Positions 1 to 14,563 of a stretch of 64,000 bases of DNA are shown here, piece after piece. Under the pieces are notes generated by a model. That model had not been told where the DNA came from and did no database searches. It saw nothing but the letters and a program-made list of their open reading frames with translations. The stretch lies in assembly GCA_964304625.1 (NCBI GenBank), contig OZ199840.1, positions 10,549,220 to 10,613,219 on the forward strand. Reading direction: 5' to 3'. Both the position numbers and the translations under genes were made by a program. The DNA is from Kudoa neothunni (Eukaryota > Animalia > Cnidaria). How positions within the stretch are numbered: the first letter of the stretch is position 1; each line of letters opens with the position of its first letter.

Positions 1-2422
1 GTGTGAACCACTAACTTTTGGAGGGATAAAAAAATAGAAAAAGGAATAGAGATGAAGAAAACACAAGAAAATTAATTCTTATTTCTCAAATTAATATCCT
101 TTGGCCCAGTATATACTTTAGTTCGCCTTTTTCAACAAACATTGAAGTATTTTGTTTCTTTCATAGTTATTAACTCAAAAGTTATTTACTATTACTATTC
201 AACTTTTTTACCATTGATAAATAACAATTTTATATAAACTAACTTTAAAAATAAACCTTTTGCAAATTTCACAAAAATATCCCATTTCTCACTATAATAA
301 AAATAGTTTAGGAACTTTTAAGTAGAGATATTAATGAAGTAAGATTTGTTTTATTAAATTTTTTATTGGAAATTAAGAATTTATTCAGTTTTTATTATTA
401 AAATTAAGGAACCTAATTTTTAAAAATGATTATATTAATTTTTTACCTTTAAGTATGTGTAAAAAATTCTTAAACTATACTTTTATTGTTTTATAAGTTT
501 TTTTATATGCCAAAATCTCCTAACAAAAGATTCGGCAAAATATACTAATTGTAAATATTTCAAGATGTAAACGCAATATGTTAATTAAGGTTATTATTTT
601 TATCGGTACATGCATATTTCATTAAAACTAATAATTTTATAGAAATAACAATTTTTACGTTCATCGAATGTTGTACTAAAAACATACGTAAGAATTTCTC
701 TAATAAAGTAATAAATTCATATAATCGATCTTAAGTAATTTATCTATTGAAATTAAATGCTGATCTAAAATATAATGTTGACTGAGTATTGAAAAATCTC
801 ATCAGCTCCAAGAAAATTAAGAATATTTTTTGAGAGCGCGAGGTTGTCTTCTCGCTTTTAAACGATTCTTGCTAAAAACCTATAAAAATCTTTACAATTA
901 AATTTGATATTGTAACATTTATGTTTATATCTTAAAAATATGAAATAGAGCCAATTTATGAATATTTATCAAAACAAATTAGAGATCAATTCTATGTTTG
1001 CCGAAAAAAGATGGAGATTACATGTGTATCCGACCGCGTTCAGATGAAAAATTCTCATAATTTTAAAGTTATTATTTTGAGCTGAATTTTTTCTCTCCAT
1101 ATTCCTTTATTTTTTCATCAAGAATCATGAAAAAGGAAATTCGGAAAAATATGCGCAAGGGGACGTCTTTTAGGTGCCGCATACTTTACCATTACCCGAT
1201 ATTTTATTGACAGGCCTAATGAATATTGCAAACTTAATATGTTGTTTGAATTATTCAATGATGGCACGTGTAAAGATTTATAAACATGTAAGAATAATGT
1301 TAAAGGGCCAATTTAAAGATATCTTAATACATTTTAATGTATTTTGATCCCAGAATTTCCATTGCTTTATATGATAAAACAATATTCGAACGAATGAATA
1401 GTTTAATTTGACTGAATTCTGCGATCAGAATACTGAGAAAATAAGGATAACATGTGCAAGAGATCATCCGTGATGACACAGGATGCATCCGCCTTACCTC
1501 GCCGTTCGCACGAATTCGCCTGAAACTTGTTAGCAAAAGCATAGGAAGACTTTGATGAGATTTTTCTCACTGAAAATGAGAGTAGCTATAACAAAATATG
1601 TTATGTAACCTATTTTAGCTATCGAATGTCAAGTTCTGATGGATTTGATGATAAGGGTGGGGATTCGAATGTGTTTTGTGAGAAGACTAATGTTTAGGAC
1701 CTAAATTATATCCAAAGGGTGATAGAAAAAAATTCACATTTTTTACATACGATACAAACTGGGTTAAAGTGGTTAAATGACTATTTTTACTTTTTCCCTG
1801 CCCGATGGGATTACATGAAAGTGTTTACCAACTGTATGAAACTAATTTGTTACCCGAGTTACGAATGAACTTATTTTATCAATATTTTTAGTAAAAAAAT
1901 TTATCTCACTAATTCGTTACAATAAAGTCTAAGTAGACAAAAACACAGGTTGCGCCAACTAATTCGAACTATTTTGTGCACAAGCAGCGTAAATCTGGGG
2001 AAATAGGACAGAAATTTGTATTTAATTTTACATATTATTACATTACTATTTATCGTATTTAGCGATACAATAACAACATGGGGGTCAATTTGACCCCAAA
2101 GGCGCCAAGAGTATAGTGGATTTTGAGACGCTGGGAAGCTTAAGAGTACGAGGCCTTGTTATACTCACGTGAACTAAACAAACGAAGACAATATAAAATT
2201 TAACTGGATAAGAGAATGCGCCGAACTGCAAAGAAAAAATCAGAAACAACAATACCTAATACACATATGAAATAAACTAACCTGAGTATATTTACAAAGA
2301 ACCACCCGGCAGTAATAATAACATTAATGCCGGGAGATAATACAACAAGCGCCACTACCATTACATTCATCGGCAGATTGATTAACTATACGTATTTAAA
2401 TGTTGAACTAGATTTTATTTGG

Positions 2423-5400
2423 TTAGTTGTGATTGTGATGATTATTGAAATTGGAAAAAGCGCTCGATATTTTATCATTATTGTTATCAGATTCGATAGA
2501 ATAATTAATGGGAGGTTGTTGATCAACCGTGGGTACCATTACAATACGATCGTCCATCATGGCTGACGAACGAAGATCGTTATCGAAGAGAACGAAACCG
2601 CCTTGTTTATCTGCGAGAGTGTCGGCAAAAGTAATGGGTCGCATATTATTAGAATTTTCTTTTGAAACACTTGATCGATTGTGATCATTGACAGAGAATG
2701 TAGGGGCTTGACTAAAAAAATGATGCTGATTATCTCCTGTGAACCCGCCACCATCATCGTTGTTATATTTTCTGTTGTTAGAATTAAACAATGACAATTC
2801 AACACATCCACCATCATGTGAGTACTACAGTAAAATGTTTAACAACAACCACCAACAAACCTAAAACGCACATTTGTATTATCATTCATAGAATTTGAAG
2901 GAGCCGCAATATCGGATAAATTGGTAATTTTGGTGTCGGTGAGAGAATCGTTCAAATGTAGATCAGTTGGATCAATATTACTTTGGTTATTTGCCAACAG
3001 ACACCTTCTAATAAAAGCTTTATCAATATCTTTTCCATAATGATGACCTCTACGACAGTGCCGTTTGAGGTCGTATTGGTCACGCCACAACTTTCCACAA
3101 TGGATACATTTGTAGCGATATTTTTTTTCATGTACAGTTGAATAATGTCTTCGGAATTCGTTGACGCCACGAAAATTCCTGGTGCATATTCCACAATAGT
3201 ATTCGTTGTCGATGTTGGTGAGTAGAAATTGATCGTTTTCAGGATTATGATGTTGCAAACTGCCAAAGGTGTAATTGTTGGTTGTTTTAATTCGTTGGAG
3301 TGAATGGACCGAATTTTTTTCTCCCGTCAAATTATCACCAATTGTGTTATTGTCATTAGATTCCATGACACCAGTATCAATGTTATTGGTCGATAATGGT
3401 TGATTTGACGACAACTCAACACTGCCTCCATTATGTGATATATCAAATTCGCCTCGTCCACTGCCACCCGAGTTATATCGCAAAGCAAGTTTTGAAATTT
3501 CGTCCGTCGCTGTATTATCAAAGGATGTCACATCTTGATTAAAATCAGTTAGTTATAAACAATAGTGTAGCCTTAAATTACTCTCTCCCAAGCACATATT
3601 CGCAAAATATCTTCTATGTTGAGAAAAATTATGGCGTTTAATCTCGTAAGTGTCTCGGAAATATTTTCCGCATATATTACATCTGAAAGACTTTTTATGC
3701 TCGTGAACTGTCGTAATATGTCGACGTAACTCGAAGGGACCGCGAAAGCATTTCCAACATGTGTCGCAGCGAAATCGACGACTTTTGGAAATAGCTGATT
3801 CCGGCTGGTTGTTATTATTTTGTGTTGATGCTGTATTATCAATATCTTTTGTATTATTATAGTTATAATCCAATTGAACCGAAGAATTTTGTTGATCCTG
3901 GTTTGTAATTTTATTAATGGCGATGCCCTCTCGTTGCTCTCGGTTATTTCGAGTGGGTTTATTCAACTGAAAATTATCTAATCCATGAACCACCTTTTCA
4001 TGTTTACGCAAATCTCGATTGTGCTTATAGCTCTTGTCACATCTGCTACAGTAAAAACGCTCATTTTGGTAATTATTGTTATCGCTAATAGAAAGGTAGG
4101 TTTGTTGCTGTGGATATGGGCCTACAAATACAATCATTAATTAAATAACATAATTTATTACAATGAGTAATACAATAGTGTAATAATATAATTGATTGCA
4201 ATAAGTAATGCAATAAAGTAATTTATTAGAATTTGTAATACAATCATGTAATTAATTAGCGCTAATTAATTGTGTGTAGCAAATACCTAATTTAAGTTGA
4301 TTTCTTGTGTGATGATAATTGGTCAATGGCGGCACGCTGGCGCCCTCTCTACCAGATAACATTTGGTACTCCTTCCCACAATTATCACAAAAATAAACCA
4401 GGTCTTTCTACATACATACATACATACATACAAACAAACAATAAAATTTATACAAGCAAAAACTAATAAAAGCATACGTCGTATGGGACCATTTCATTGC
4501 CATTCCAACAATTATTGTCACCGTCCATTCCAGTGGACCTTAATGGATGGCCACAATCTCTGCACTTATTTTTCAAGTTGGCAAAATCTTGCTCGTGAGT
4601 GGTGTTTGTTTGAAGTGATGATGTCGGGGCCAACGGTGGAATCTCACTAGCACTCTTTACAGAAATTAAAAAAAGCATATTTAACATCACAAAAATTACG
4701 TTTAATATCAAACCAGCACTGCTACGGTTCGAATTGTGTATCAGGAGATGCATATTCAATTCATTAATCGTCAAACATGAAAATTTACATAAGTGGCAAT
4801 TATATCGATTGGTGGTAACCGACAATAGGTTGGATTGAATATCCGGTGGTTGGCATGGCAACAATTCATCATTTACATTACTACAATTAATTGGCAAACG
4901 GGTTAAACTGTGACTATCAAAGGTCATTTGAAGTGGCGGTGGCGGTCTGGATGCCATCGGAAGCGAAGAATCATTGTTTAAATTGACGGATTTATTTTTA
5001 TCGTTTTCGTCAGTACCAACAGGATGTAAATTGGAATTTTGGGGCTGTGAGGAAGAGAGATTATTGATGTTTGGATATTGCTGGAGTCGTCGCATATAGC
5101 TGGAAGATAAGGCAGTTTTCCAAGGACTAGCACTTAACATGGGTATGTGTGCACTGAGTGGTACAGCAGGGTTCGAATCCATCATCATTCCCATGGTACC
5201 GACACTTCTGCCACTCGAGTCGCCATCAGTCGTTGCCGCCATAGGTAACGACACCACTAACGTTAACATAGGTTTTATAACCAATGGTGATTAATTATAC
5301 AGAATTACCATTTCTATTGGTTTCATGGCAAGGTGGTATTGGTGGATTTACAAAATTGCTTGGTGCTAATTCCATTCCATAGTGATAATCAATCATATAC

Positions 5401-5600
5401 GGACATGATATATCCCCAACAATTTGATTAGGTTGTTGCTGTTGGTTGGTTAAAGATTGGCAAGTTTGCAGAAACGGTACATTGTCATTGTTAGATGTCG
5501 GCACTTGAGAGCCAAATTGATCATGTCTAGTTGCCTCCTCCTCTTCCTCTTCCTCCTCCTCCTCACCAACATCATTATTGAGGTTGGTAGTAGTAGTAGT

Positions 5601-5631
<31 letters not shown>

Positions 5632-6039
5632 TAGGGTGAAGTGCTTTCTGTCTCATTCATCAGCAGCACTAAGGTCACACAAATAGATTACACACAAAAA
5701 CGCAATTAAAACAATTATAGTCTATTGTTGGTATTGCAAAATTAGATTATGATGACAATACAACGATTATACTAAGCTAACGATCTAATGATTCAGCTTA
5801 CGTTGAGTTGCAGAGCGAATAGAACTGTTGGGTAGAGTTGGATCAATAAATCGTGTAACGGCGGGGCTTGAATGGGAATACCTTAATCGATCATCAGGTT
5901 GTTTCGCCAACTAAATACCATGACAACCAACTAAAAAAACATTTAAATTCTGTACCGTGCTGCGAACAGTAGAATGACTATTAGAAATGTGAATGACAGG
6001 AGGTGGTATTCGCTGTCGTCGTCCATTGCTACCATTCAT
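2423..6039 (-). CDS. Multi-exon C2H2 zinc-finger protein (about 6 fingers) with long low-complexity N/Q/A/T/E-rich regions
   Basis: ORFs 5295-5678, 4463-5284, 3553-4137, 2839-3531 and 2423-2797 join via GT-AG introns, most of them short. Two upstream exons (6039-5956, ~5911-5803) join in phase. Fingers include CSRCDKSYKHNRDLRKHEKVVH, CDTCWKCFRGPFELRRHITTVH, CNICGKYFRDTYEIKRH, CGICTRNFRGVNEFRRHYSTVH and CIHCGKLWRDQYDLKRH. The start codon is tentative. Confidence 0.8.
5586..5630. repeat. Coding trinucleotide tracts (GTA)n/(GCA)n encoding poly-Thr/poly-Ala; a poly-Glu tract lies nearby (~5534-5563)
   Basis: Directly visible gtagtagtagtagtagcagcagcagca... inside the zinc-finger gene exon. Confidence 0.9.
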
Positions 6040-7215
6040 AGTACGAACAATTTAGGACTTGGGCTAAAATTATTTCACTTTCCAATTCTAATTCTCGCAC
6101 CAAGCAAGATGTGAGATCTATAATACAAAACAATATTAACACGATAATGATAATATCATATGGCGGAGGGGATGCTTGTGGGTGTAAGATTGGAGCTAAT
6201 ATTTTAACCACAACAAATCAGTCTATAAATTAAGAAGGTGTGATAAATTATAAATGTATTTCACACGTACATAACACATGGGTTATAATTGAACATTAAC
6301 TCTAATATTCAGAAATATAAAATTTTACAATTATAACTAAAATATAGTGGTGATTTTCACACATTGCTCACAATTTAAGCATAGTTTTTTAGGATTCAGT
6401 AGGGATATAGCGCCAAAATAACACCGAAGCCACCTCCACCGAATATATGGCTGAACGACTCACTTTTGTATCAAGAATGGTACCGTCTCGCGCATTACTA
6501 TTAAACCTAGCGTAGTGCTGTTTTGTTTGTAGTGGATTCACCTTTGTTGTTATCTAACAATGCTCTCCAAGTGTGCGTAGAGCCAGATAAATTTTACTTG
6601 TTTATGCGACAAGTCGATAATCTCGGCTGAAGTAATGTCTATGGTTGGGATATGATTTAAAGTTTATTATGTTTAAAGTTAATCTACTCTAAGGACACAT
6701 TGGTTACGCTTCAAATATTTACCATTTATTTTTCAACTGAATAATTTATGATAATTAAGAATAACAATTATGTAACATATTCGATTTCAAATGATAATTA
6801 ATTATCTATTGTTACTTCAGGTCATCAAATGGTTGTCGCTGTTTTCTAGTTGATTAGAATTGCTCGGCTTATTTATTCGTACAGGCTTATTATTATTCAT
6901 TTGAAAAAATTAATTGGATCAATTTATAAAATAATCCACATAACAAATGAGTAACGATGATTGTACTGATGATACGCATCTACCACGTTTTGAATCAATT
7001 AAACTTTTGTCAAGTCATGTGTCCGATTTGATTATATCGCAAAAAGTACTCAAGGTGTGAAATTATTTTAATTGAACGAATTTTCGTCAAATTTCCTAAA
7101 AAGTTGAGAAGATTTTTTTATTGCTTCGCTGAAAAATCGTTAAAAATTGTACTCGATTAAAATCACGGTCGCGAAATTTTTGTCTTTTTTTAATTCTCCT
7201 CTAATAATAAGAATT

Positions 7216-9900
7216 CTATCCATATGTGTAATTATTTTTTGGGTTTATTGAACATCGAAAATCTAGTGACCAAACTGATAGATATCGAAAGAATAAAACA
7301 CGCATTGAATCTTTAAAGAGGATTTTTAGCATTGAAGTGTTAATAGCGGGTAGTACCGATCTCACGGCAAAACATTTGGCACAGATTTCAATAACTAACA
7401 AATTTGAGTGTTGATTGTCGGTTGTTGGTATCCAGGCCAAAAGAACCGTTTCCTCAGAAGATTAGACACTTTGAAGTCTCCCATATGTCCACAATAATCA
7501 TGAAAATGAGTTAACACTTTATTTCTTAGATCATAAGGGAAAGTGTATTTGTTTCATCATTCCCTCTGGGTTTTGTAACGTGCGGTAAACAATACCACCC
7601 TCGAGTGCGAATTTTCCTAGACTTTTATTTTTAATGTTACTAGAGATAGATAGCTCCTTCGTGAGATTCTTAACAATTTTGTCTGAGCCAATAGATTCCC
7701 GAATTGCATCCAAGGTTGATAATTCAGATATAGGACTATTATTTGGAATAACGTTAACACGACTAATTATTCTAGAAACTACATCTGCATTGGCATGCTC
7801 AGCGGCTGGACGATGGCACACTTTAAAATTGTACTCTTGCAGCTGCGTTATCCATCGAGATATTCGACCATAAGAATCCTTCATGGTGCTAATATAGGTC
7901 AATGGGTTACGATCAGTTAAAATTATAAACTGATTTCCAGCTAAGTAGTATCGATGTTGACGGATGGTCCAAATTATTTCCAAGGCTTCCATCTCAATGG
8001 TGGAATACTTTCTCTCGGTGTCCTTCAAAGTTCTACCAGCATAGCATATTACGTGTTCAACATCATTGAATTTCTGACTCAATGCACATCCAATAGCGTT
8101 GTCGGAAGCATCTGTTTGGAGGATAAAATCCCTTTTAAAATCAGGGTAAGACAACTACGGCGCAGTTGTGAGCACATCATTTAACTTCAAAATTGAAGAC
8201 TCGCATTCCTCATCTCATGAATCATGGAATGGGTTGGCTTTTTCGTTAGATTGTTTAATGGGCCGGTAATTTTGGGAGAATTGGGGATGAATCTTCGATG
8301 GTAGTTTGCTAGACCCACAAACGATTTCATCCCTTTTTGAGTTTGAAGGCCTTGGAAATTCACGCACGCACGCACGCATTTAATTTAGTCAAGTGAAGAT
8401 TTTATACCTCCACAGGATATTCTAAAACCAGGAAATTCAAGTTTTTCTTTGAAAAGGTGACAATTTATTTTAATACTAGGCCTCCTTCCTTGATTTTGTT
8501 TAAAATCAAAGAATGTTTTTCTTCATGATCTTTTCGTGTGTTTGCGAATATTAGAATATCATTGAGGTAGACGAAGCAAAATTTATCAATAAAATTCTTT
8601 AACAAAATATCCATGCCTCTTTGAAACGTAGCAGGAGCATTTGTTAGTCAAAGAGCATAACATTGAAGTGATCGAGACCATGTGGGGTAATAAAAGCAGT
8701 TTTCTCTCCATCTTCCATATTCAACGGAATATGCCTGTATTCGCTTTTGAGATCCAATGTAGAAAAGTACTTACAACCTCCAAATTTATTTAAAATATCA
8801 TCAATATTAGGAAGTGGATAAGCTTCTTTTTTTATGTTTTCGTTTAATAAACCATAGTCGACGCACATTCTCAGACCACCACTTTTGTTCTTTTCAATTA
8901 CTATGGGACTTGTCCAGGGAGTATTACTTGGTTCAATCACTTTTTTATTTAGCATCTCTTTTATTTCATTCTTATTTCATTCTTATGCCATTCTTCATAC
9001 TCTTCATACTTGTATGGGGTACTTCTTAGCTGTTGACGTATAGGTTTGTGAGTTAGTATTGATAAAATGTTCAATTATATTGTTTTAAAAAATATTTTCT
9101 CATCATTAACTTCGTTAATAAGATCTTCCCAAGATAGAATATTGTTTGTACATACAGATTTTCCAGGATTTTGTTGTGAGTTGTTAACCAAGGAAAAGGA
9201 CATTATCACATTTGCAAATGCGATGGTTCCACTTGTGTAGTCAATAACGGTTCCATTATAATTCATGAAGTTTGAACCAATTATTAAATTTTCACTCAGA
9301 CGATTCACGACACGCAATACATGAAAAAACATTAGTGCCAATTCGAAAGGAGGCATCAGGCCAACTAATCAATCACATCAAATTTTTCACCAAAAGGACC
9401 AAATAATGCTGCTGAGCACTTAACTATGGCAGACTCATTCTTGACCAATTTGAAATTTATGAGGGTTGCTTCAGATCCAGTGCCAACTAATGCAGACACA
9501 TCAGTTCCATATCAATTGGCATATATTCTTATCAGTTTGTTAGCTTTAGTGTGGTTAAAGAAAGACAGTTTTAAATTTATTAACACCGAACGATCCATTG
9601 CTTTGACGCGATTTCATTTGTTTATCAATGCATTCAGACAGTAAACGATTGGTCTTGCTAAAATCTTGTCGTGAATTGGGTTCTGTGTCGAAATAATAGT
9701 CTAATAATTCACCATCAAGGACGCATGGGATTATTCCGCAGAATCTTGGCCGAGATAATCCTTCAAAAGATGCCACCATATTCAGACGATCCCAATCGGC
9801 AGAAAAATTCTTTCCTGATTTTATTTATATAACCATAGTTATCTTACTCTTGTCATCAATTGTGAAATTTCACGCCAAGAACACCGATAAATAAAGACAC
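7216..9900 (-). mobile_element. Degenerate Ty3/Gypsy LTR retrotransposon internal region (gag-PR-RT-RNase H-integrase N-terminus)
   Basis: Order on minus strand: gag-like 9779-9555; protease ALVGTGSEATLI (DTG mutated) ~9490; RT WTSPIVIEKNKSGGLRMCVDY...FSTLDLKSEYRHI and YLND; RNase H FILQTDASDNAIG...YSTIEMEAL; integrase HHCC remnant ~7500-7370. Multiple stops and frameshifts. No LTR pair recognised. Confidence 0.9.
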
Positions 9901-10101
9901 AGCGCTAACTAAACACTTATATCCCGCACGCGCATTACACAAGTGTTAACAATACGATATTAGACCGGATTAAAGTATTTAACAAAGATCATCTGATATC
10001 CTCCAAAAAAGTGCTGCTTAACATCACCTGTCATTCAAAAATATCATTTCTTCCTTTACATAATTTTCTACATTAATTGTCATTAGTATTTTGATGGTAA
10101 C

Positions 10102-10102
<1 letters not shown>

Positions 10103-10154
<52 letters not shown>
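10103..10154. repeat. (TA)n microsatellite
   Basis: Direct observation. Confidence 0.95.
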
Positions 10155-10155
<1 letters not shown>

Positions 10156-11045
10156 TGACCATATTAAAGTGTTCTCAGCTCCTAAAATTCATTTTGATCT
10201 CTCATGTTATATATTAATTTTCATAAAACTATGTTTGGACCAAATTTTGAGGATATTGAATAAAATAATAAAAAATGTTAATGAAACTAATATAATAATC
10301 CTTAGAATCGTTGATGTAGTGAAAATATCCTCTTTGTTGTGGGGACTCTTACAGATTTGCGCTCTAATGCAGACAAACTTTTAATTGTAAATATCTAACG
10401 TTTTATATGATGAGTAATTAATATTCGTGATATATTATAATTCCCTTAATAGTATATAATGGGGGTTAATGGATGTAGGATCCGTGACACCCTTCGTTCC
10501 CGGCGAAAATTTTCCCATGTCTGTTCTTCGAGGGTTAACAACATACGTAATATGTCAATCTCATTGAAAATTTTATTTTATGCTAGAACAAAGTTAAGCT
10601 AATCATAATGCTGTATTGTTATGATTTGTCATTAAAACATATAATTTATAGTGTTAATCGGATTAACGATGCAGCGTACAGTTTGGTATAGCGAATTCCT
10701 AAAATTTGTTTAAATTCAAGAATGAATTCATTTCTTTACATCAAATAGTAATTCTCCAAAATACATATGATTATATCTCTCAAATTCTATTTTAATTGAT
10801 AAAAAAATTAATTACGCAATTTCTGAGCTCCACTGTAGATCTAATTTTAGCAGATTAAATCGGCGAATATATTAGACAGATAAAATTGGAACGAATGTTG
10901 AAATGACACTTATCACATCAATCTATATGATGATATTGTTTGTGGAGCTATGTATGGAACATAGCCTTGGTCGAAATCGGATTAGTGTATACCTCAATAT
11001 TGTTTCTCTTAGAAATATCTCCGATAATAATCGGGCATTTTCATT

Positions 11046-13263
11046 ATGAGTGGACTTAAAAATAGATTCAAGACTGTAAATAATTTTCCAATGGGTTACA
11101 CAGTGGAGTTTTAATTTTTATTTAGAAATTTGATTCAGTTTGGGGTCGCAACAAGCCATTAGAGGGTGATGTTTATAATCAATTGGAAAAGGTATATTTA
11201 TAGATGATTTTGTTGGTAGCATACTTCTTGGTTGTATATATTATAATTCAATTTGTTTGATTAAAATTCATCTCAATATAAACATATATAAATCCATATC
11301 TAAATTGTCTATTAAATATAATTATCATAGACAATACTTTAATTAAACGTTAGAAATTAGTTAATGATTACCATAGCAACGATTATTGTTATACTCGGTT
11401 GAAAACTTCAACATTTGCTAAAACCACCATCCCAGTTTAATCAAATCATTCCATAGTATCGTTCTTATGGCTTTCATGACGATTAATTATCTGATGGAAT
11501 TTTTCATCATAATTTTTTCAATACATGAAATTTATTTTTATTACACTAAAAGTTTTATTTAATTATATTAATGTATATTTTAATATTTAATATTTTAAGA
11601 AGAGGACCAATTAATAAATTGTTTTAAATAATTAGGAATAATTAATTTTACTAACGTAGAATAATTAGAAAAATTAAAATAACAATAAATTTAATTGTTC
11701 TAATTAATATTTAGGATTGCGAAAATATACGAAAAGCAGGTACAACAATCAAAAAGAGTCTTCTTCGTTATGTGGAATCAAAACAAAGTGATTAGTTGTT
11801 ATCTTAATTCTGTATGTGTGATGTAACAGTGTGTATATTGCTGTATTGTTTGCAGGTATAAAAGAACGACTGTTAAATGAGACCAAACAAGACACAACGG
11901 AATTTCGTCTATCGTGCAAGATACAATCTGTGGTCGAACCGCTCACTGGAATAACATGTAAATGGAATTAATTTCTTTGGTTACCACCAACCACACAATC
12001 TCCCAACTCATTCTTTTAGCTCAATATGCAGAAGTGGTAACCAACACATTCAAAGAGTTAGGCGATTACAGGCACAATCTAGTATTATAGTCCAAACGAG
12101 ACATGAAAATGACTTAAATTTCCTCATTAGGAATCGTTTTTTAATAATAAATCCGCAGTTCAATTCGACAAGCATTTCGAAGAGCCTATTGTTGATATTA
12201 AAGTGATTTGATCACAATGTTTGTGTGATGGATAAACCATTAATTTATACAGCGCACCGCAAAAATCGTTAATACTGCTCGAGTCAATGCTTTCGCTATA
12301 AAAAACAATAAAAAAGGTTTATAACCACTTTTTGTCATTTTTCATTTACAGATGCCATTTTTTACTATTTTTTTGTTGATTCAGCAACCGAGGAAATGAT
12401 TCAACAATGCACCTACGTTTATGAATCAGAAAAGATTAAACGCCAGAATCTAATGTTAGATTATCGTGAAAATGACAACGTACAGATTCCACAAATAGAA
12501 CTTATTTAATAATGAATTTCTGTTGATCAGGTGGCGAGAATAGAAATTCTATTGCAATTATACGAGCAACTAGTTAAATACCATTTGGAGTGCTCGGAAT
12601 TGTTCAAGAGTCATCTCGATTTGCTAACCGGAGTGTAACAAAGGAATGAAATGAACATGTGACTGAATTTTATTGTAGAAGAGAGGGGGCTGTAGACGCT
12701 GGAATAAAAGCCCCTTTTCCACTTCCAGATCCTAATAGTTGTTTCACGCTTAAAGATTCCATTAGTTTCAGTGATGACGTTACTATCGAAAAATCCAGCC
12801 CCAGCGATATATCCTCAGAATTGAGAGGCAATGCCTCCACAGGATTAGACAAATCACAAAGTTTCGTTAATGTATCCAGCAGCCAATCATCAATGGCCCC
12901 AATCAACAACACTTCCGACCTGTCATCAGGTGTAAACAACCCCTTCTTAACAATCGAACAAGAAGCTAATGCTATCGTGGAAGATAATAAAACAAACAAG
13001 TCGCCCAACAACCCTTTCTTACCCGAAATTAAAACCTATGCTATAGTTCATTTTGACTTTGAAGCAGGTACTTTTTCCGCATTATTGACCTTTGTGTAGA
13101 ATTACATTGTATTACACTGTAATTAGAATGTGATGATGAACTAACTGTGAAGGCTGGCAACGAAGTTTTGGTCATACGAAATATCGATCAAGACTGGGTT
13201 TTAGCTGAATTCAACGGCAAAAAAGGCTATGTTCCTGTCACTTATATTCAAATAAAAAAGTAA
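11046..13263 (+). CDS. Endophilin-A-like N-BAR + SH3 protein, copy 1 (multi-exon)
   Basis: Spliced product begins MSGLKIDSRLKFDSVWGRNKPLEGDVYNQLEK-DCENIRKAGTTIKKSLLRYVESKQ. It has helical BAR-like exons, a linker with two NPF motifs (NNPFL), and a C-terminal SH3 YAIVHFDFEAECDDELTVKAGNEVLVIRNIDQDWVLAEFNGKKGYVPVTYI ending at TAA 13261-13263. Confidence 0.8.
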
Positions 13264-14563
13264 CACAACCTCTTTCGAACTGAAAATACTTTTTTACGAT
13301 TGCTTATTGTTTATACATAAAGCCTTCATTGTTTTTCATTTCCCAGCGTTTTTGATTTTGCGCTGCATTTATGAACCGCGACAAGATATGGACTAATGAG
13401 TCTACCTAGGTAGTTTGTAATTTGCTGATTATGCGCAAAATGAATATAAATTTTATTCTTACCTTCTGAATAAAATTGAGTGCTTTTCAACCTTACTCAC
13501 CTTATAAGGACTTTTTTTAAACTTATTAGATTAAGTCTATTTAATTTTAGTTTCATGTAATTTTGGATTGTAGAGATCCTTAGAAAAGTATAAATGTTTA
13601 TACTTAATTTAAGTAAAAAAATCGATGTTAACATTGATCAAAGAAAAAAATTATTTTATTACATTTAAAAATTAACTTTATTTTTCATCAACAATTTTTG
13701 TATGAAAATAAATTTAATTCCTAGGATTTTTAGTAGCTACAGTCCGACCTCAGAATTCGACCATAATCCATTCTAGAGGTGTGCTTGAACTCCGAATAAT
13801 TTTTTCCCACCCAAAATAATTCAAATTAGTTTAATCCGTTACCGCGCGCCAAATAAATGACCATTTTTATTCGTATTTATGAAAAAACATGCACAACTTG
13901 TGTTTTATTTTTTTATTTAAAATTTATTTTTAATACAAAAATAAAACGAAATGAAATATAGGATAGATATTTGTCGGTTGTCATTCGATAGATTACAATT
14001 CAGTCGGTAATCGATCTTGCACACAACTGATTTTTCACACTTTTTGTGAATTTATTTAATTATGACTTTAAATGTTTTCAACGTTTATTCAAACAAATAT
14101 ATTAAATATAATGGTAATTTTGGTTCAAATAATAGACTGTAAATGATGTAAAATGCGCAGTCAAAATCACGTGACCAGAGGATTATGCACATTTTTCCAG
14201 ACACTAGGTTGGTCAATGTAGCATTATTCGCAGAAAAATTATAAATTTAACGATAAACGAAGACAAAAATACGACAACATTAGAAGTTAAATACTTCGAA
14301 AATCTTCCATAATCAACGTTAAGATAGTTACTGTGAGATATTTCAACATATCAAATATGGCCTCCTCGAAAAAAGAACTAAATATTCTCTCTAATTTAAA
14401 CATGTTTAGATCGTTTCCGATCATTGTTAGAATTGGAAATTGATTTGTATATGTCTTAGCGAGTCAAAATATGACATAAACCAAAATTATTGATTTTTTC
14501 AAAAATTGAAACTAATTATCACTTGATTTTTTTGCCTATTGTATAATTTATATTAGTTTATAC

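Noticed and set aside
5450-5656. Poly-Leu/poly-Arg and poly-Ser ORFs
   Set aside because: Alternative-frame or antisense shadows of the trinucleotide tracts in the zinc-finger exon.
2423-5678. Consecutive same-strand ORFs suggesting stop-codon reassignment or an operon
   Set aside because: The breaks are explained by GT-AG introns, and genes end in standard TAA/TGA stops.
6700-10080. LTR pair for the Gypsy element
   Set aside because: No direct repeat with TG..CA ends was found on the two sides by eye.
10091-10384. ORF MMVTYIYIYI...
   Set aside because: Translation of a (TA)n microsatellite and AT-rich flank.
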